Source: an uncultured Acidobacteriota bacterium (GTDB lineage: Bacteria > Acidobacteriota > Vicinamibacteria > Marinacidobacterales > SMYC01). From it: 64,000 bases of DNA. The stretch is taken from assembly GCA_947259165.1 (NCBI GenBank), contig CAMYKY010000010.1, positions 34,433 to 98,432 on the forward strand, in the 5' to 3' direction. The translations under genes and the position numbers were made by a program. The stretch's first letter is position 1; the number at the start of each line of letters is the position of its first letter. Positions 50,572 to 59,687 of this stretch are shown piece after piece. The notes under the pieces were generated by a model. The model did not search any database, was not told the origin of the DNA, and saw only the letters and a list, made by a program, of their open reading frames with translations.

Positions 50572-52383
50572 ATGGTTTCTACGCGGTTTCTTATCGTCCT
50601 ATCGGTCGCACTCGCCGTCGGTCTCACTTTTGGCTGCGCCGGCGGCGGTTCGCAGGAGGGCGGCGGCTCTGGAGCGGCGGTATCACACGCAGACCACGAA
50701 GTAGCTCCGGGCGAGCTCGACGATTACTACGGTTTCTTCAGCGGAGGCCACTCGGGCGAGGTTCGCGTCCTAGGCATTCCGTCTATGCGCGTTTTGAAAC
50801 GCATCCCGGTTTGGAACATCGACCCGGGTAGCGGTTGGGGGATTACCAACGAGAGCCGGGCACTACTGGGCGGCATGCAAACCGGCGACACCCACCACGT
50901 CCACGGCTCCTACGAAGACGGGACCTACGACGGCAAATGGCTCTTCGTGAACGACAAGCTCAACAATCGCATGGCGCGCATTCGTGTCGACCTCATGGAA
51001 GTTGATGCCGTCGTCAACGTCCCGCACGCACAAGGAGCCCACGGACTCTTCCCGCAGCGCTACCCCTCGACCGAGTGGGTCGTTCTCAACAGCGAGTTCC
51101 GCACGCCGCTTTCAAACGACGGTCGCGGCGACATGCTCGATGCATCCACCTACGGCGGCGTCCATACAATCATCAACGCCGCCGACATGGAAATCGTGGC
51201 TCAAGTCACAACGCCGGTGAACCTCGATCTCGCGGCCACCGACTACCAGGGCAAGTACTCGTTCGCAACGTCCTACAACAGCGAAGGCGGTGCGACGATC
51301 TCCGAAATGCTCGCGAGCGATCGTGACTATCTCGTGGTCTTCAACTGGGAGGCGATCAAAGAAGCGCTCGCCAACAACAACTACCGAATCGTCGACGACA
51401 TCAAGATCCTAGATGGCACCGAGGGCACAGGGCTCACTGCCTACATCCCGATCCCGAAGAACCCGCACGGCGTGAACATCAGCCCTGACGGGAACTACGC
51501 TGTCGCTTGCGGCAAAGTGTCTCCGACGGTGAGTATCATCGACATCAACAAGCTCGACGACCTCTTCGCCGGTAACATCGAGCCTAGGGACGCTGTCGTG
51601 GGCGAGCCCGAAGTAGGTCTCGGCCCCCTGCACACCACTTTCGACGGTCGGGGCAACGCGTACACATCGCTGTTCATCGACAGCCAGGAAGTGAAGTGGA
51701 ACATCCAAAAGGCCATCGACCTGTACTCCAACCCCGTCGAGGGTGAGACCGCCGTCGTCGATCGTCTCGATATCCACTACCAGGTCGGGCATACCATGGC
51801 TTCGATGGCCGAGACGAAGGAAGCGGACGGAAAGTACCTCATCTCGCTCAACAAGATCTCCAAGGATCGCTTCTTGAACGTGGGCCCGCTCAAACCGGAG
51901 AACGATCAGCTCATCGACATCTCGAACGATGAAATGATTCTCTTGAAAGACGAGCCCGCGTACATCGAGCCGCACGATTGCATCATCGTCAGACGAGACC
52001 TCATCGAGCCCCATGTCGTACACCGAGCGGTCCTCGAAGAGCATCCCTTGGCGGTCACGCAGAGCTCGGTAGAACGCGTTGGCAACAAGGTGACGGCGCG
52101 CATCACGGCGTCGGCACCGGTTTATGGCCTCCAGGAAGTGGTCGTCAATCAAGGGGACGAGGTAACGTTCATCGTCACCAACACCGATGAGATACCCGAT
52201 TTGGCGCACGGCTTCGCGATCTCGAACTACAACGTCAGCTTCGTCGTCGGCCCATTCCAGACGAAGTCAGTAACGATCACTGCGGACAAGCCGGGTATGT
52301 ATTGGATCTACTGCACGAACTTTTGCCACGCGCTTCACCTAGAAATGCGGATGCGGTTCGTCGTCAATCCACGCTCGACTTAG
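50572..52383 (+). CDS. nosZ: Nitrous oxide reductase (probable lipoprotein)
   Basis: All seven CuZ His contexts (DTHH, GAHG, NPHG, GPLH, QVGH, EPHD) and the CuA motif H...CTNFCHALHLEM. AGGAGG RBS before ATG 50572; leader ends in TFGC. Confidence 0.96.
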   Translation: MVSTRFLIVLSVALAVGLTFGCAGGGSQEGGGSGAAVSHADHEVAPGELDDYYGFFSGGHSGEVRVLGIPSMRVLKRIPVWNIDPGSGWGITNESRALLGGMQTGDTHHVHGSYEDGTYDGKWLFVNDKLNNRMARIRVDLMEVDAVVNVPHAQGAHGLFPQRYPSTEWVVLNSEFRTPLSNDGRGDMLDASTYGGVHTIINAADMEIVAQVTTPVNLDLAATDYQGKYSFATSYNSEGGATISEMLASDRDYLVVFNWEAIKEALANNNYRIVDDIKILDGTEGTGLTAYIPIPKNPHGVNISPDGNYAVACGKVSPTVSIIDINKLDDLFAGNIEPRDAVVGEPEVGLGPLHTTFDGRGNAYTSLFIDSQEVKWNIQKAIDLYSNPVEGETAVVDRLDIHYQVGHTMASMAETKEADGKYLISLNKISKDRFLNVGPLKPENDQLIDISNDEMILLKDEPAYIEPHDCIIVRRDLIEPHVVHRAVLEEHPLAVTQSSVERVGNKVTARITASAPVYGLQEVVVNQGDEVTFIVTNTDEIPDLAHGFAISNYNVSFVVGPFQTKSVTITADKPGMYWIYCTNFCHALHLEMRMRFVVNPRST

Positions 52384-52396
52384 GCAGACTGCGCTC

Positions 52397-55300
52397 ATGA
52401 GTCACGGAGGACTAAGAGCGCTGATTCTCGTAGGGCTCGGGGCGATCTTCGCCTCGAGCCCCGTCGGGGCTCAGCTTCCGTTCGGCGAACAACAGTACGA
52501 GTACGAGCTTTCGGACGTCCTACCGGGCGCCTCGAGCTTCGAGCAAGTCGAGGATCCGGAGCACTACTGGCGAGGCTACGCCGACGAGGGCCAACAACAG
52601 CTCGTCGGTTTCGTTTTTCTGACCGACGATCTCGTCGACATCCCCGGGTATTCCGGCGAGACCATGAACACTCTCGTCGGGATGGATACCGAGGGGACGA
52701 TCACCGGGATCAAGATCGTCCATCACTCGGAGCCCATCGTTCTCATCGGTCTCGACGAGTCCGTTATTCACGAGTTTACGGGTCAATACACTGGCAAGAG
52801 CATCACCGATCGCATCCTCATCAGTAACGAGCCGAAGGAAGGCTACACCGTCGTCGACGCCATCAGCGGAGCTACCGTGACCGCCGTGGCAGAGAACGCG
52901 ACCGTGCTCGAGGCGGGTCGTTTGGTCGCTCGCGCCGAAGGGATCGTCAGCGCAGCAGACATTCGCTCGCGAAGACCCAGCATGGTTTTCGAGGAGCTCT
53001 CGTGGACGGAGCTCGTTTCCCGAGGCGCCATCGGTTCGATTTCGGCAGAGCCCGGGGAGCAGGGTTTACCGTCCGGAGCGGGGAGCGTCGATGTCCGGTT
53101 CACCGTCTTGGATCCGCCGAGCGTCGGTCAAAACCTCCTGGGCGAGCGTTTCTACACCGTCGTGAAAGAGCGTCTTGCCAACGATGGAGGCAGCGCCCTG
53201 TACATCGGAAGCATCGCGGGAGTTTCTTTCAAGGGGGCCGGCTTCGCACGCGGCGGCATCTTCGACCGGTTTGTCATCGAGCAGTCAGGAGATCTCTTCG
53301 TCTTCAAGGATCTCGACTACATGGGTTTTCCGGCGCTCGAGCTCGACGATGCTCCCCGCTTCCAGGAAGGCGGGATCTTTTTCGTCGACGAGGGGTTCGA
53401 CCCCGCGGAGGAGTTCTCGTTTCGACTCACGTTTCCGTATCGCGTGGCCGACCAGCGAACCTACGCGACGCTCATCGCCGACTTCGGATTGCCCAGTAGG
53501 TTCATCGAGTCAGACCAGCCGTTCTGGGTGAGCCGATGGCAAGCGGCATGGGGCGCAGTGCTGTTCACCGGGCTGCTCTTGGGGGTCATCACCACGGCGT
53601 TCGTGTTCAAGGAGCGCATGACGCCGCATCGTAAGCTTCTACACAACACGACGGCGCTGCTCGCCGCGGTTGTCCTCGGACTCATTTTCAAAGCCCAACC
53701 GAGCACGACGCAGATACTCACTCTTTTTGGCTCGCTCGCGAGACTCGAGTTCCCCAAGGAAATCTTCCTGTCCGAGCCGCTCATCTTCATGCTGTGGATC
53801 TCGATCGCAGTCACCCTCGTCATCTGGGGTCGCGGATTCTTCTGTGGCTGGGTGTGCCCGTACGGCGCACTACTCGAGTCCTTCATCTCCGTGTGGCACA
53901 AGCTCGCACCCAAGAAACTGCAGAAAAGAATCGACGCCTGGCGTCCGCCACCGTTTCTCCGCTACGGAAAGATGTTCACGTTCGTGGTCATCCTCCTCGT
54001 CTCCTTCGCTAGCCTGCCGCTCGCCGAGGCACTCGACGAGATCGAGCCGTTCAAGACGTTCGTTCTGCACCTCGCTCGGCCTTCGGCCTTCGTCATTTAC
54101 TTCGTGCTCATCACCCTGGTCTCGGTCGTCAGCTATCGATTCTTCTGCCGGTTCATGTGTCCTCTCGGCGGCGCACTCGCCATCCCGTCGGCGAGGAAAC
54201 CGCTTCTTCCTTTGTACCGCTACGAGACGTGCACAAACTGCAAGATCTGCGCGAAAGGTTGCGAGCCCCAGGCGATCTCGTTCGACACGGGCGTCATCGA
54301 CTATCAAGAATGCCTCCAGTGTTGGGACTGCCAGGCGACCGGGAAGAACGAGGGCGTCTGTCCCGAGCTCATCGTCTCCAAGAAAGAGAACCGTGCGCCC
54401 AGATATCTCGTTGTCAGCATTCTCTTGATGATCTTGGGAACACCCGCCACACCGGAAGCGGAGGAAATTCAGGTGCAACCCGGCGGCCTCGAGCATGCCC
54501 TGGCTGCTGCGAGCGACGGTGATACTCTCGTGCTCGCGTCGGGAGTCCATCCGGGCGCCCTCATCCTCACGAAGTCCGTCTCGCTGCGCGGACAACCGGG
54601 CGCAATTCTCGACGGTGGCGGAACCGGCCACGCTCTCATGATCGATGCACCCGCAGTGACGGTCGAGAACCTGACCGTGCGCAACTGCCGCGTCGACGAC
54701 GAGTACGCCGACACCGGTATTTGGGTCGAGAAGGCTTCCAAGGGCACGCGACTCATCGGCAACACTGTCGAGTCTTGCCGCTTCGGCATCTGGATCCACG
54801 GCTCACAAGAGACCGAGGTTATCGACAACCAGGTAATCGGCATCGAAGAGCTGACTCAGAACCAGCGCGGAGACTGCATCCATCTGTGGGACGCCGACGG
54901 GACCAAGGTGTCGGGGAACAAGATCAGACACTGCCGCGACGGAATTTACATGGAGCTCACCAGCGAGGGGGAGATCGAGAACAACCAGATCTTCGACTCG
55001 CGCTACGCGGTTCACACCATGTGGTGCGATCGCAGCCGCTACATCGACAACTACGCGTCCGGGAACCTCGTCGGTTTGGCGCTCATGTTCTCCTCGCACA
55101 TCGAATCGAGAGGGAACATCCTTCACAATAACCGGACGCACGGCATGCTGTGGATTCAGGTCACTCGTGGAAAAGCCCTTGACAACGTCATCATCGGCAA
55201 TACCAAAGGCATCTTCGTCTATAACTCGCTCTACAACGAGATCCGAGGTAATCTGATCGCACGGAACAATCTGGGCGCGCACTACTGGGGCGGCTCCGAA

Positions 55301-55708
55301 GACAACGTCATGGAGCAAAACGCCTTCATCGATAACGAGATCCAAGCCAAATACGTTGCCGCGAAAGACCAGCAGTGGAACGGGAACTTCTGGAGCGATT
55401 ACGGTGGGTGGGACATGGACGAAGACGGCACCGGCGAGACGCCGTATCGCTCGAACACACTGGTCGACGCGCTTCTTTGGCAGTACCCGCACTCCAAGTT
55501 CCTGCTCGCGAGCCCGGCGTTTCAACTTCTGGCCCTGGCCGAAAGAGAGTTCCCCGTGATCACCTATCCGAAAGCGGTCGACTCATCGCCGCTGATGTCG
55601 CCGTCCATGGCCGAGTGGGAGTCGCTCCTGGAACGCTATCCCGGCAATCCTCAGCAGTACTATTTGGAGATGCAGAAGCTTCCTCATCTGCCCGGAGAGG
55701 TCGACTGA
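52397..55708 (+). CDS. nosR/nosD: NosR-NosD fusion protein
   Basis: FMN flavinylation motif DAISGAT, TM bundle, CGWVCP, CRFMCP and ferredoxin Cys clusters; then a hydrophobic linker and a NosD beta-helix (RGDCIHLW, RYAVHTM, GNFWSDY.G.D). Confidence 0.9.
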   Translation: MSHGGLRALILVGLGAIFASSPVGAQLPFGEQQYEYELSDVLPGASSFEQVEDPEHYWRGYADEGQQQLVGFVFLTDDLVDIPGYSGETMNTLVGMDTEGTITGIKIVHHSEPIVLIGLDESVIHEFTGQYTGKSITDRILISNEPKEGYTVVDAISGATVTAVAENATVLEAGRLVARAEGIVSAADIRSRRPSMVFEELSWTELVSRGAIGSISAEPGEQGLPSGAGSVDVRFTVLDPPSVGQNLLGERFYTVVKERLANDGGSALYIGSIAGVSFKGAGFARGGIFDRFVIEQSGDLFVFKDLDYMGFPALELDDAPRFQEGGIFFVDEGFDPAEEFSFRLTFPYRVADQRTYATLIADFGLPSRFIESDQPFWVSRWQAAWGAVLFTGLLLGVITTAFVFKERMTPHRKLLHNTTALLAAVVLGLIFKAQPSTTQILTLFGSLARLEFPKEIFLSEPLIFMLWISIAVTLVIWGRGFFCGWVCPYGALLESFISVWHKLAPKKLQKRIDAWRPPPFLRYGKMFTFVVILLVSFASLPLAEALDEIEPFKTFVLHLARPSAFVIYFVLITLVSVVSYRFFCRFMCPLGGALAIPSARKPLLPLYRYETCTNCKICAKGCEPQAISFDTGVIDYQECLQCWDCQATGKNEGVCPELIVSKKENRAPRYLVVSILLMILGTPATPEAEEIQVQPGGLEHALAAASDGDTLVLASGVHPGALILTKSVSLRGQPGAILDGGGTGHALMIDAPAVTVENLTVRNCRVDDEYADTGIWVEKASKGTRLIGNTVESCRFGIWIHGSQETEVIDNQVIGIEELTQNQRGDCIHLWDADGTKVSGNKIRHCRDGIYMELTSEGEIENNQIFDSRYAVHTMWCDRSRYIDNYASGNLVGLALMFSSHIESRGNILHNNRTHGMLWIQVTRGKALDNVIIGNTKGIFVYNSLYNEIRGNLIARNNLGAHYWGGSEDNVMEQNAFIDNEIQAKYVAAKDQQWNGNFWSDYGGWDMDEDGTGETPYRSNTLVDALLWQYPHSKFLLASPAFQLLALAEREFPVITYPKAVDSSPLMSPSMAEWESLLERYPGNPQQYYLEMQKLPHLPGEVD

Positions 55709-55712
55709 CTCG

Positions 55713-56603
55713 ATGATTCGCTTTGACCGTGCCACCAAGACCTTCGGCTCCTTGGAAGCGCTTGCGCCGCTCGATCTCGAGATCAAGGACAGCGAATGGC
55801 TCGGGGTCTTCGGTCGCAACGGCTCGGGCAAAACGACGCTGTTGCGAATGCTGGTGGGGCTGTCGCAGCCGTCCGGCGGACAACTCCTGATCGACGGCAA
55901 GCCGCCCGGCCCGGAGGACTGGCGAGAGTTTCGGCGCTCGCTCGGTTTCATGCCGGAGCGGGTTGCGCTATTCGACAACCTTACCGGTGAGAAAACGCTA
56001 CGGTATTTCGCGCGACTCAAACAGGTCGACCTAGGCGAAGTCATGCCAATCCTCGAGCGCGTCGGACTGGCGGACGCGGCCCATCGGAAGACCTCGGATT
56101 ACTCCAAGGGAATGCGTCAACGCTTGAACCTCGCGCAAGCGCTGCTGGGGGATCCGAAGTTCCTCGTCCTCGACGAGCCGATCGAAGGTCTCGACGCTCA
56201 CGGTGTGCGCGATTTCTTCGAGCTGCTGAAAAGTGTGAAGGGACGCACGGTCGTGTTCTCGTCGCACCGGCTTCCGCTCATCTCTCGGATCGTCGATCGA
56301 ATCTGCATTCTGAGTCAAGGCAAGATCAAAGCGCTCGGAACGGAGGATGAGCTCTACGAACAGGTCAACCTTCCAGTCCGAGTCGTGATCCATCCCGCGG
56401 ACAGCGCGTCCACGCGCCTGGCTGCCGCCGTCGACAAGCTCGACTCGGCGTCTCTGGTGAGCCAAAACGGTCGTCTCGTCGTGAGCGTGGCGCAAAAGGA
56501 CAAGCTGCGGTTTCTCAGCGACCTGCAAGCTCTGAGCTCCGAGATGCACGACATCCGCATCGAGGAACCCTCTCTCGAGGAGGTGCTTCTTGAAACGGGT
56601 TGA
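55713..56603 (+). CDS. nosF: NosF ABC ATPase
   Basis: GRNGSGKT, YSKGMRQR and LDEP; position after nosD. Confidence 0.9.
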   Translation: MIRFDRATKTFGSLEALAPLDLEIKDSEWLGVFGRNGSGKTTLLRMLVGLSQPSGGQLLIDGKPPGPEDWREFRRSLGFMPERVALFDNLTGEKTLRYFARLKQVDLGEVMPILERVGLADAAHRKTSDYSKGMRQRLNLAQALLGDPKFLVLDEPIEGLDAHGVRDFFELLKSVKGRTVVFSSHRLPLISRIVDRICILSQGKIKALGTEDELYEQVNLPVRVVIHPADSASTRLAAAVDKLDSASLVSQNGRLVVSVAQKDKLRFLSDLQALSSEMHDIRIEEPSLEEVLLETG

Positions 56604-57423
56604 CGCGGTCTGGAGCATCGCTCGAAAAGAGTTATCTGACCGGCTGCGGAACCAGTGGATCTGGACGGTGAGCCTTCTCGTTCTCGCGGCAACCCTCGCG
56701 ATCGCCTTTCTCGGCGCAGCACCCGTGGGTGTCGTCGGCGCTCACGGAGGCGGCGCGATCCTCGCGAGCATCATGAACCTCGCCGTCTACCTCGTCCCCC
56801 TTTTGGCGTTGGTCATGGGCGCGGGGGCGATCATCGACGAGAAGCGCCGCGGGCTGCTGGATTTGATCCTCGCCTACCCGATCTCGTCGAGCGAGTACTT
56901 TCTCGGGACGTTTTTGGGCTATGCTCTCGCGCTCGCAATCGCTCTCGTCGCGAGTTTCGTCCCCACCGGCGTGGTCCTCAGCATGACCACAGGGATCAAC
57001 GTCTTTCAGTACAGCCTTCTCCTCGTGCTCATTCTCGGCCTCGGCACGAGCTTTCTCGCGCTCTCGTTCCTGATCTCGATTCTTTCACGAGACCCCGCGC
57101 GCGGCATCGCCTCGTCAGTGCTCGTATGGATATTCGCGGTGCTGGTATTCGACCTCGGGCTCGTGGGACTCCTCGTTGGGTTCGGGGGGCAAATTCCAGC
57201 GCCGGCGTTTGGCGCCATGATGCTGTTGAACCCAACGGACGTATTTCGATTGATCGCGTTTACCTGGGTCGGAAGCGCGTCGTCACCCCTGGGGCTCGCC
57301 ACGGTGAGCCCTCCTTTTCCAGCGGTGGTGCTCGTGAGCGCCATGACAGCTTGGGCGATCGTGCCGCTTTGGCTCAGCCACCGCTTGTTTCAAAAACGCC
57401 TAGCTCTGGACAGGTTGATATGA
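56590..57423 (+). CDS. nosY: NosY ABC permease
   Basis: IARKEL...RN.W, YLVPLLAL, E...G.L.L.L.YP and LNPTDVFR. Confidence 0.9.
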   Translation: MKRVDAVWSIARKELSDRLRNQWIWTVSLLVLAATLAIAFLGAAPVGVVGAHGGGAILASIMNLAVYLVPLLALVMGAGAIIDEKRRGLLDLILAYPISSSEYFLGTFLGYALALAIALVASFVPTGVVLSMTTGINVFQYSLLLVLILGLGTSFLALSFLISILSRDPARGIASSVLVWIFAVLVFDLGLVGLLVGFGGQIPAPAFGAMMLLNPTDVFRLIAFTWVGSASSPLGLATVSPPFPAVVLVSAMTAWAIVPLWLSHRLFQKRLALDRLI

Positions 57424-58100
57424 CAAAGAAAGACTACGACTCATTTGTTTTCAGCGTTCTTCTCGTTGCTTTCACTCTAATTCTCGCCACCGGTTGCGAC
57501 ACCCTAGCCGGCGAGCCGGTCCTCAAAGGACGCGTCGACATCGGTGCAGGCGAAGCTCCCGCCGTCGTCTACTTGAAAAACGTGCCGGGGGGGCTCGTAC
57601 CCGAAACCGACACCGTGATCACCCACCTGCCGGACGGAACCTTCGACCCTCCCGTCAGCATCGGCTTCGTCGGCAACGAATTCGTCTTTCGCAACGAAGA
57701 CGACGAGCTCCACACCACGCACCTCTATATGCATCTGGCCTACCAGGAGAAGATATCCGGACGTCCGATCGAAAACGGTGCCACCCTCTACAACATCGCT
57801 CTTCCGAAGAAGGATATGGAAGTGCGGCGACCCATCAAGACATATCACCATTTCGGCGACGAGACAGGAGTCATCGACGTGCGGTGCAACCCTCATCCCG
57901 CCGAGGGCGCTGCCGCGCTCGTCTTCGACCACCCTTACGTCGTCGTGACCGAAGCCGATGGAACGTTCGAGATGCCCAACGCCCCCCCTGGAACGCATGA
58001 GCTCTGGGTCTGGCACAACGGCGAAACGCGACTGTGGCAGAGCGTGGAAGTCAAAGAGAGTGGCCCGACGGAGGTTACCGTAGGTATGGGAGGCTCCTAG
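57420..58100 (+). CDS. Cupredoxin-like / carboxypeptidase-regulatory-domain lipoprotein
   Basis: ATG overlaps the nosY stop; lipobox ATGC; F.N.D..LHTTH and RCNPHPAE; HPY..VT..DG.F..PN.PPG..EL.VWH. Confidence 0.7.
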   Translation: MTKKDYDSFVFSVLLVAFTLILATGCDTLAGEPVLKGRVDIGAGEAPAVVYLKNVPGGLVPETDTVITHLPDGTFDPPVSIGFVGNEFVFRNEDDELHTTHLYMHLAYQEKISGRPIENGATLYNIALPKKDMEVRRPIKTYHHFGDETGVIDVRCNPHPAEGAAALVFDHPYVVVTEADGTFEMPNAPPGTHELWVWHNGETRLWQSVEVKESGPTEVTVGMGGS

Positions 58101-58104
58101 ACCA

Positions 58105-58650
58105 ATGCTTCTTTCCACTTTCGCACTGGCGCTTCTTCTCAGCGGCGCGGGAGACGGTGAGCCCTTCCCCTCGTTCGCGCTCGAAAACTTCGACGGACGG
58201 TCGTTCTCGAATAAATCGTTTACAGGGAAGACCACCATTGTCGTACCGACCTACGCCAAGTGCATTTTTGCATGCCCGATGATCACGTTCTTTCTCACGG
58301 AGTTGGACAAAGAGCTCGGAGCTCCGGCCAACCTCCAATACGTTCACGTGTCCGTGCAACCGAGCGAGGATACCGCCGAGGAGATCCTTGAGCATTTCGA
58401 GGAACACTCGATCGACGCGACTGCCGACCCGCGGTGGATGTTCATTAACGGGCCCGATTCGGAGGTTGCGGAGTTCCTCTCCGACGCGGATGTGCAAGTG
58501 ACCAGGACCCAAGTCGATGAAGGCGTTCTGATCGAGCACACCACGCGCATTTTCGTTGTCGGTCCGCAAGGTGAGACTCTGGCAACGTTCGACAGCTATT
58601 TTTGGGATAAGAAGGAGATGCACCATGCGCTTCGATACGCAATCGAGTAG
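58105..58650 (+). CDS. SCO family copper chaperone
   Basis: Signal peptide, CIFACP (CxxxCP), SVQP..DT and distal IEHT His. Confidence 0.85.
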   Translation: MLLSTFALALLLSGAGDGEPFPSFALENFDGRSFSNKSFTGKTTIVVPTYAKCIFACPMITFFLTELDKELGAPANLQYVHVSVQPSEDTAEEILEHFEEHSIDATADPRWMFINGPDSEVAEFLSDADVQVTRTQVDEGVLIEHTTRIFVVGPQGETLATFDSYFWDKKEMHHALRYAIE

Positions 58651-59686
58651 AGAACTGAATCGAAGGGATTTCATCCGAGTCGCCGGGCTCGGAACTGCAG
58701 CCGCTCTCACCGGAGGGCTTCACCCTCTCGACGCTGCCGACTTCGACCCCGCAGGCGTTCGCCTCATGGAGTTCGACGTCAGCTACCGCACGCAAGTCAT
58801 GAAGCTTCCGAAAGACGCGGAGAACGTACAAATCTGGATGCCGCTGCCGCCAAACAACGCCGGTCAAATGATCTCGAACTTCGAGGTCGACTCCCCGTTT
58901 CCTCACAAGTTCACGCGGGACGCCACCTTCGGGACGAGGATGCTGCACGTCGAGACCGGCAAGCAGAAAACCCCGTTCGGTGTCGAAGCTCGCTACCGCG
59001 TAACCCGCAAACAGGTGGGCATCGAGAAGGCCACGCTCAGCGACGAGGAGCTCGCGAAATACTTGAAGCTCACCAGCAAGGTGCGTTATACGCCCGACGT
59101 CGAGCTGTTCGCACGAGAAATCCTCGGCGACGAGAAAGATCCCTACAAAATGGGACGACTCGTTTTCGACGGCATCCGCGATGCACTGTTCTACGACAAG
59201 ACGATCCCCGGATGCGGCACTGGCGACACGCAGTGGATCATGAAATACCGCCGCGGCAAGTGTGACGACTATCATGCTCTGGCGATGGCGATCTTGATCT
59301 CGAACGGCGTTCCCGTGCGTTGGGAACAGGGTTTTCCGCTTCCGTTCCCCGAAGGCGGCAAGGTCGCAAGCGGCGAGCTCGAAGGCGACTGCACCGGCTC
59401 GCATTGCTGGATAAGTTTCTACGCACCGTCCCACGGATGGGTCCCCATAGACGTTTCCGAAGGCGACAAGGGCGCCCCCAACAGCGATTTCTTCTTCGGC
59501 AACCTGTCACCAAACCGCTTTCAAGTCTCGGTGGGCCGGTCGGCGACGCTGAACCCCGCGCAGGGCGGCGACCCTCTGCCGACGTTCGCATTCGCGTACG
59601 CCGAAGCCGACGGCATCCCTCTCGTCTACTTGATGAACTACGAAAACATCATCAAGTACGACGTGACCCGGGTGGAGATGGCCTAA
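58625..59686 (+). CDS. Tat-exported transglutaminase-like protein
   Basis: AAGGAG RBS, NRRDFIR Tat motif, and triad contexts GKCDDY, SHCW and WVPID. Confidence 0.85.
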   Translation: MRFDTQSSRELNRRDFIRVAGLGTAAALTGGLHPLDAADFDPAGVRLMEFDVSYRTQVMKLPKDAENVQIWMPLPPNNAGQMISNFEVDSPFPHKFTRDATFGTRMLHVETGKQKTPFGVEARYRVTRKQVGIEKATLSDEELAKYLKLTSKVRYTPDVELFAREILGDEKDPYKMGRLVFDGIRDALFYDKTIPGCGTGDTQWIMKYRRGKCDDYHALAMAILISNGVPVRWEQGFPLPFPEGGKVASGELEGDCTGSHCWISFYAPSHGWVPIDVSEGDKGAPNSDFFFGNLSPNRFQVSVGRSATLNPAQGGDPLPTFAFAYAEADGIPLVYLMNYENIIKYDVTRVEMA

Positions 59687-59687
59687 G

